Made by a program: the position numbers and the translations under genes. Under the pieces are notes generated by a model. It was not told where the DNA came from. It did no database searches and saw nothing but the letters and a program-made list of their open reading frames with translations. Of a stretch of 12,219 nt of DNA, positions 8,212 through 12,219 are shown in pieces. The stretch lies in NCBI GenBank assembly GCA_000004985.1, contig GG739003.1; one strand, given 5' to 3'. The DNA is from Naegleria gruberi. Its lineage: Eukaryota. Numbering within the stretch: position 1 is the first letter of the stretch; every line of letters begins with the position of its first letter.

Positions 8212-8285
8212 TATTCGTAATTTTTGGAGTAATTATTGGAAGAGCACTGAAGAAAGTTTCAGATGTGAGCATTTGGAAAAGTCAG
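8212..8285 (+). CDS. 7TM receptor-like protein, exon 2 (phase 1 in, phase 0 out): completes TM5 (…LL|VFVIFGVIIGRALKKVSDVSIWKSQ)
   Basis: Intron 8169-8211 (43 nt, gtaagtt…gaatag). The exon reads through in frame without stops and restores a hydrophobic helix. It is followed by the donor cag|gtatgtt at 8286. Confidence 0.55.
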
Positions 8286-8333
8286 GTATGTTTCTTCATT
8301 AACCTTTTCTAAATTATATTCGAAATCTTTCAG

Positions 8334-8639
8334 TTTGCCAAATATCTTGTATTTATCACTCTAGTTTACATTGCTTTCTGCATTTCTATTGCCCTAAGTC
8401 TTGGCATTTCCAATGAAAGTGCTCTGAAACAAACCCTCGACATATTATCAAGCTTAATTCTCCTTCTCGTTACAGCCAGTTTACTCAACATTGAATTCGA
8501 AATGGATGAATTGAAATCTTGCTATTCCTGTTGTTTCAAATCCAAACAAAATTTTTCCTCCAATCATTCACCACTTCTTCTTCATCATCATCCAGAACAA
8601 TCGAGCACTAATTACTATTCTGAAGTTATTGGAAATTGA
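8334..8639 (+). CDS. 7TM receptor-like protein, exon 3: TM6 (FAKYLVFITLVYIAFCISIALSLGI), TM7 (LDILSSLILLLVTASLLNI), cytoplasmic tail with CYSCC cluster and HHH; stop TGA 8637-8639
   Basis: Intron 8286-8333 (48 nt, gtatgtt…aatctttcag). The exon reads in frame from the TTTCAG acceptor to TGA. Confidence 0.6.
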   Translation, partial: FAKYLVFITLVYIAFCISIALSLGISNESALKQTLDILSSLILLLVTASLLNIEFEMDELKSCYSCCFKSKQNFSSNHSPLLLHHHPEQSSTNYYSEVIGN

Positions 8640-8682
8640 AACAATGAGCCAAACAGCAGTAGTGGTGGAAATGAAATCTCTA

Positions 8683-8803
8683 CTCGTACGTTTTAATTTT
8701 CCTCAGCACATCCAAGCTGCGTGCGCACCAATTTTCCTCTTGATTTTCATTCAAATTCGAAAAATAGACCTCTCCATCAAATAATTTCAAAAAAAAACAA
8801 AAC
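8683..8803 (-). repeat. Copy B of the repeated intergenic element (inverted relative to copy A at 1-113), between 7TM gene stop and SDR gene start
   Basis: The reverse complement of 8683-8735 matches 61-113 at 52 of 53 positions. The reverse complement of 8776-8803 (gttttgtttttttttgaaattatttgatg) matches 1-26. The core contains the palindromes GTGCGCAC (8721-8728) and CGTACG (8685-8690). Confidence 0.8.
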
Positions 8804-8855
8804 AACAACATCGCTCTCATAGCTAATCATCTGTACAAATTTATCAAGAAACAAA

Positions 8856-9713
8856 ATGGCCACTAAACAAGCATTGTGTGTTGGAGGTACATCAGGTATC
8901 GGAAGAGCATTGGCAATTAAATTCGCCTCTCAAAAATTCAATGTTTCAATCATGGGAAGAAGTGAAGAAGCAGGAAAGGAAATTATTGAAGAAATGAAAA
9001 AATTGAATCCAGATGGAAAATTTGAAATGATTAAAGTGGATGCCTCTCTCATGAAGGATATTGAAAAAGTGTGTGATGAATATAAACAAAATCATGATCG
9101 ATTGGATTATTGTGTTCTTTCACAGGGAATTGCAAGTATGAATGGAAGAACAGAAACAAAGGAAGGAATTGATGTAAAATTGGCACTTCATTATTATGGA
9201 AGAGTTATGTTTGTGAGACAATTGCAAGATTTATTGAGATTGACATCAAAGAATTCAGATGTGAGAGTCTTGACTGTTTTATCAGCTGGTGTTCATTCAC
9301 CTTACACTAAATTGGATGATTTGGATTTGAAACACAATTTTACATTGAAGAATGCAGCAGATGCAGCTGGATTTTACAATGATCTCGCCATGGATCAATT
9401 ATCCAAAGAAGAAGGCAATCAAAATATTGCATTCATTCATCAAGCTCCTGGATTCATTGCCACACAATGGGGACGTGAAATGCCAGCTGTCGTGAGATGG
9501 ACCACACGTTTCTTCCAAAACTTTGCCAGATCTCCAGAACAATGTGCCGACAATATTTACAAGGGATTAAGTTCAGAATCGACACGAAAGGGTTTCCATT
9601 TATTGGATGAACATGGAGAGCCAACAAAAGTGACAAAGAGTCATAGCGATAGTATCAGAGAAACAGTTTGGAAACACACTGTGGAATTGTTAAATAAGGC
9701 CCTTGGAAAATAA
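8856..9713 (+). CDS. Short-chain dehydrogenase/reductase (SDR) family Rossmann-fold protein, single exon; atypical (no canonical YxxxK)
   Basis: N-terminal VGGTSGIGRALA (TGxxxGxG dinucleotide-binding motif) with an IMGRS Arg after strand 2 (NADP-type). IHQAPGFIAT is a PG motif. The NNAG motif is replaced by LSQGIAS, and there is no Tyr-x3-Lys at the expected position. ATG at 8856, stop TAA at 9711-9713, AATAAA at 9741-9746. Confidence 0.7.
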   Translation: MATKQALCVGGTSGIGRALAIKFASQKFNVSIMGRSEEAGKEIIEEMKKLNPDGKFEMIKVDASLMKDIEKVCDEYKQNHDRLDYCVLSQGIASMNGRTETKEGIDVKLALHYYGRVMFVRQLQDLLRLTSKNSDVRVLTVLSAGVHSPYTKLDDLDLKHNFTLKNAADAAGFYNDLAMDQLSKEEGNQNIAFIHQAPGFIATQWGREMPAVVRWTTRFFQNFARSPEQCADNIYKGLSSESTRKGFHLLDEHGEPTKVTKSHSDSIRETVWKHTVELLNKALGK

Positions 9714-9944
9714 TCATTTAAAAACTAATAATTTGTAAATAATAAACTAAAACTAAATTAATTTCCTAATTTCATTTGGATAGCTCTTCAAATTTTTATG
9801 GTATTAATGCCACAAAGCAAAACTGAGCCATATACGACTTGAATCCAAACAGATTAAATGAATTTTACAGTTATTCGAATCTAATTATATTAATAGTTGT
9901 GAAAGATCAAAGTTCATTATCGTTGTAAAAAAAACAAGAAAAAA

Positions 9945-10937
9945 ATGCTTCCAATTCAACTCTTCGGACCCACGTGCGTTTTTGTTTCATCAAATGATGA
10001 AATTTTTATCGCTGATTGCAATAATCATCGAATTAGAAAATTAAATAATCAGAAAATCATGACAGTAGCAGGGAATGGTGAATTGGGGTTTTCGAGTGAT
10101 GGTGAATTGGCAATTAATGCTAAATTAAATTATCCGAATGGTGTGTTTGTTGTAAAGGAGGAAGTATATATTGCAGATTATCATAATCATCGAATTAGAA
10201 AGGTTTCGAATAATGCATAATTGAAACGATTGCTGGAAATGGAGAAGGTGGATTTGAAGGAGATAATGGTCCAGCTAAATTATCCAACGAGTGTGTTTGT
10301 TTCAGAAAATGGAGAAGTTTATATTTCGGATTATCTGAATAATCGAGTTAGAAAGGTTTTACAAAACGGAAATATTGTAACAATAGCAGGAAATGGAAAA
10401 TTAGGATGTTCAGGAGATGGTGGTTTGGCAATTAATGCCGAGCTCAACTGTCCAATGAATGTATTTGTATTCAACGAAGAGGTATATATTACGGATTCAG
10501 CAAATCATCGTATTAGAAAGGTTTCGAAAAGTGGAATAATTGAAACGATAGCTGGAAATGGAAACGAAGGATTCAGTGGAGATGACGGATTGGCCACTCA
10601 GGCTCAACTCAATTGTCCAATGAGCACATTTGTAAACTCTAATGGAGAAATTTATATTACAGATTCTAATAATTTTAGAATTAGAAAGGTTCAAAGAAAT
10701 GGAATAATTAAAACAATAGCAGGAAATGGAAATGATGGATTTGAAGGAGATGGTAGCTCAGCAACAAATGCCCAACTCAATTATCCAATGCATGTTTTTG
10801 TTTCTTCCAACGATGAAATGTATATATCCGATAGTGGCAATAATGCCATTCGAAAGGTATCAAGGAATGGAATTATTGAAACAGTAGCAGGAGAAGGGCC
10901 TTATTCACAAGGATACAGTGGCGATGTTTCGTTTTGA
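9945..10937 (+). CDS. Bacterial-type NHL-repeat beta-propeller protein: six tandem 54-56-aa repeats (consensus …TIAGNGxxGFSGDGGLAxxAQLNxPxxVFVxxxGEIYIxDxxNHRIRKVxxNGII…); frame disrupted at ~10215-10285 (possible pseudogene or assembly error)
   Basis: ATG at 9945 (AAAAAAATG context), stop TGA at 10935-10937. Repeat period is 162-168 nt, judged from the recurring attagaaagg landmark at 10032, 10194, ~10347, 10512, 10680 and ~10848. There is a single in-frame TAA at 10218-10220. The conserved peptide IIETIAGNGEGGFEGDNGPA is encoded in the +2 frame between 10217 and ~10276, and reading then returns to the original frame. Confidence 0.6.
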
Positions 10938-11092
10938 ATTCATGAAACACTGTTTCTAACATTTTCCAATCAAAATGACCAAGTTCGAAATCAGTTGACT
11001 CAAAACTATTCTTTGTAACCTTCAATTTCAATTCTGATTGAATATCTCAGCGTTTTCCACACCCAAGTGGAATTTTCAACCTCAAAAAAAAA

Positions 11093-11110
11093 ATGAAAGA
11101 CATTACTATG
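11093..11110 (+). CDS. Hypothetical 6-codon first exon (MKDITM) of the TM2-domain gene, donor atg|gtacgtttc at 11111; would splice in phase 0 to acceptor at 11328/11329
   Basis: ATG at 11093 in a CAAAAAAAAAATG context. GTACGT follows the 6th codon. There is no AG dinucleotide anywhere between 11113 and 11238. The phase is compatible with the exon starting at 11329. This is pure inference from splice-site logic. Confidence 0.25.
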
Positions 11111-11133
11111 GTACGTTTCGCGAATTTGATTTT

Positions 11134-11144
11134 TTTCCCGCCAA
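11134..11144 (+). promoter_or_regulatory. Second copy of TTTCCCGCCAA (E2F-like), with inverted CCAAT box (attgg) at 11206-11210
   Basis: ttttTTCCCGCCAAcac read directly, sharing an 11-mer with 6980-6990. gtgATTGGttc lies 65 bp downstream. Confidence 0.3.
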
Positions 11145-11328
11145 CACTTTGGATGCTCCATTTACCCACTTTCATGAACCAAAAAATTACGCGCCGATTG
11201 TGATTGGTTCATCATCATCGTCATCACGAATATTATTTGTATTTATTAATTATCTTATTATTCAATGTTCTTGCATGTTCGGTTTATCATGTCATTATCT
11301 TACATGTTTTTAAATATTTCCAAAATAG

Positions 11329-12174
11329 GCGTATGTGCTGTGGGCACTTTGTTTCTTTGGTTTATTTGGTATTCATCGATTTTATTTGAATTCGTGGACG
11401 ATGGGTATTGTTTACTTGTTCACATTTGGATTGTGTGGAGTGGGACAGATATTTGACGTTTTGTTGATTCCTGGATTGGTTGCCCAGGAGAATGGAACTA
11501 GCTCAAATAATAATGGATTAGTGTTTGGTTTTGGAAATAATATGTTTTCTGGTGGCAATTATGTTAACTTTAATAATGCTCAGCCTTATCAAGTCTCGAA
11601 TGGAAATGCTGGCTATTCTCAATATTATGTGAATGATGGACAACAGCAACCTCAATCATATGTTCCACCTCAACAACAAGAGCAACAAGAGGGTGGTGAA
11701 TCGAATGAATATGTACCACCTCAGCGAAATTCTGGATTTACAATGTACATTAATGGTCAACCTGTTGATTTGTCTAATGGAGGAACAATTTATATGGATG
11801 GCTCAGGAGAAGCTCAATACTACGCCAATGATGATGATAACGATGATCAGCATTTCAATAGTGTTTTTGATAACATGAGAAGAGCTGAGGAGAATAGAAG
11901 ATTACATGATAGCATCCGTAGAACGAACGAATCAATTAACAGAAGTAACGAAATACATAGAGAAAATATTAGACGAATGAATGAAAATATCCATAGAACC
12001 AATGAGCAAAATCGCAGAACCAACGAGAATAACATGAGAATGCATCATCAAAACATGAACAGAATGCACGACAATATGAGAATGCATCAAAATATTCATA
12101 GCCAGAACATGCAAAGAATGCATCAACAAAATACTATGAATAATATCAATAGAATGAATACTTTCAGAAGATAA
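11329..12174 (+). CDS. TM2-domain protein exon: two TM helices flanking HRFYL motif (AYVLWALCFFGLFGIHRFYLNSWTMGIVYLFTFGLCGVGQIFDVLL), followed by ~230-aa N/Q-rich then R/N/M/H-rich repetitive tail; stop TAA 12172-12174
   Basis: G-x-HRFYL-G between two hydrophobic helices matches the TM2 domain signature (Pfam TM2, conserved DRF/HRF motif). An in-frame TAG at 11326-11328 immediately precedes the exon and coincides with an …aaaatag acceptor. The ORF-track 'M' at 11335 is actually GTG. The tail contains quasi-periodic N-x-x-R-x-x-[EN] and MRMH/NRMH units. Confidence 0.65.
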   Translation, partial: AYVLWALCFFGLFGIHRFYLNSWTMGIVYLFTFGLCGVGQIFDVLLIPGLVAQENGTSSNNNGLVFGFGNNMFSGGNYVNFNNAQPYQVSNGNAGYSQYYVNDGQQQPQSYVPPQQQEQQEGGESNEYVPPQRNSGFTMYINGQPVDLSNGGTIYMDGSGEAQYYANDDDNDDQHFNSVFDNMRRAEENRRLHDSIRRTNESINRSNEIHRENIRRMNENIHRTNEQNRRTNENNMRMHHQNMNRMHDNMRMHQNIHSQNMQRMHQQNTMNNINRMNTFRR

Positions 12175-12219
12175 ACCTATCCTTTTTACAAGTAGAAAGA
12201 TTGTACTATTAGCAAGTTG

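Noticed and set aside
10291-10305. Perfect nematode acceptor consensus tttgtttcag at 10296-10305, considered as a way to splice around the frame disruption
   Set aside because: The same bases encode V-F-V-S-E, which fits the NHL repeat consensus (VFVSSNDE / FVNSNGE). The segment 10113-10238 contains no usable 3' splice site, and any intron from the weak GTTTCG donor at ~10203 to ggtccag|cta at 10271-10277 would delete half a propeller blade. Indels are the simpler explanation.
9945-10937. Possibility that the 162-168-nt tandem periodicity is a CRISPR array or satellite
   Set aside because: The repeats are in-frame and translate to a well-defined NHL blade consensus. The units are diverged at the DNA level, with no spacer/repeat alternation. 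The organism is eukaryotic.
10975-10995. tRNA-like T-loop fragment agttcgaaatc
   Set aside because: It has one extra A relative to the GTTCGAATC consensus. No acceptor stem, D-arm or anticodon arm could be built from the flanking sequence.
11038-11313. ORF-track entries 11038-11313, 11204-11389 and 11265-11456 as independent genes
   Set aside because: They start at TTG, not ATG (the 11204 and 11265 starts were not read). Their products are low-complexity. They overlap the region I interpret as a promoter, intron or 5' exon of the TM2-domain gene. The frame of 11038-11238 is only considered as a possible alternative upstream exon.
1-12219. Prokaryotic interpretation (operon or defence island, promoters −35/−10, RBS)
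   Set aside because: Spliceosomal introns with GTAAGTT…TTTCAG, AATAAA after stops, AAAATG start contexts, TRIM-NHL and TM2D metazoan-type genes, poly-Glu and N/Q-rich proteins and AT-rich microsatellites all indicate a eukaryotic (nematode-like) genome. No Shine-Dalgarno spacing or operonic overlap is seen.

Overview
This window is eukaryotic genomic DNA, most likely from a nematode, not a prokaryotic locus. The evidence is the AT-rich sequence, canonical short introns (GTAAGTT…AG at 8169–8211, 43 nt; GTATGTT…TTTCAG at 8286–8333, 48 nt), AAAATG start contexts, AATAAA signals after stop codons, N/Q/E-rich low-complexity proteins, and two runs of N (974–1654, 2974–3717) that are scaffold gaps. 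I find no CRISPR array, operon-style defence island or phage-like module.

The supplied ORF track reports TTG/GTG starts as 'M', and every ORF that runs through the N-runs (strings of X) is an artefact.

Supported gene content, left to right:
- A TRIM-NHL-type gene on the + strand. Its six-bladed NHL beta-propeller exon is 1689–2530. An acidic exon at 730–973 runs into gap 1 and is possibly the 5' end of the same gene.
- The C-terminal part of an AlkB-family Fe(II)/2-oxoglutarate dioxygenase with a basic NLS tail (3718–4515, +); its 5' end is lost in gap 2.
- A convergent, extremely acidic protein with an N-terminal MGxxCS myristoylation/palmitoylation motif and tandem Glu-rich coding repeats (4653–5459, −).
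- A signal-peptide secreted protein of unknown family with 6 Cys in the mature chain (5978–6742, −).
- A 7-transmembrane receptor-like protein with a Cys-rich ectodomain, for which I infer a three-exon model (7007–8168, 8212–8285, 8334–8639, +).
- A Rossmann-fold SDR-family oxidoreductase that is atypical in lacking a canonical YxxxK (8856–9713, +).
- A bacterial-type NHL-repeat beta-propeller gene made of six tandem 54–56-aa repeats (9945–10937, +). Its reading frame is broken by a 1-bp deletion plus an in-frame TAA around 10215–10285.
- A TM2-domain (GxHRFYL) protein exon followed by a long N/Q/R/M/H-rich repetitive tail (11329–12174, +); its 5' exon is unresolved.

The most unexpected non-coding signal is an inverted-orientation repeated element of about 115–120 bp. 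Copy A is at 1–113 on the + strand and copy B at 8683–8803 on the − strand. Their 53-bp core is 52/53 identical and carries the palindromes GTGCGCAC and CGTACG. Both copies lie in 5'-flanking intergenic DNA.

An E2F-like TTTCCCGCCAA motif occurs twice in the window, near the 7TM gene start (6980–6990, with an overlapping CCAAT box at 6987–6991) and upstream of the TM2 exon (11134–11144).

All family assignments rest on motif-level recognition by eye and need HMM/BLAST confirmation.
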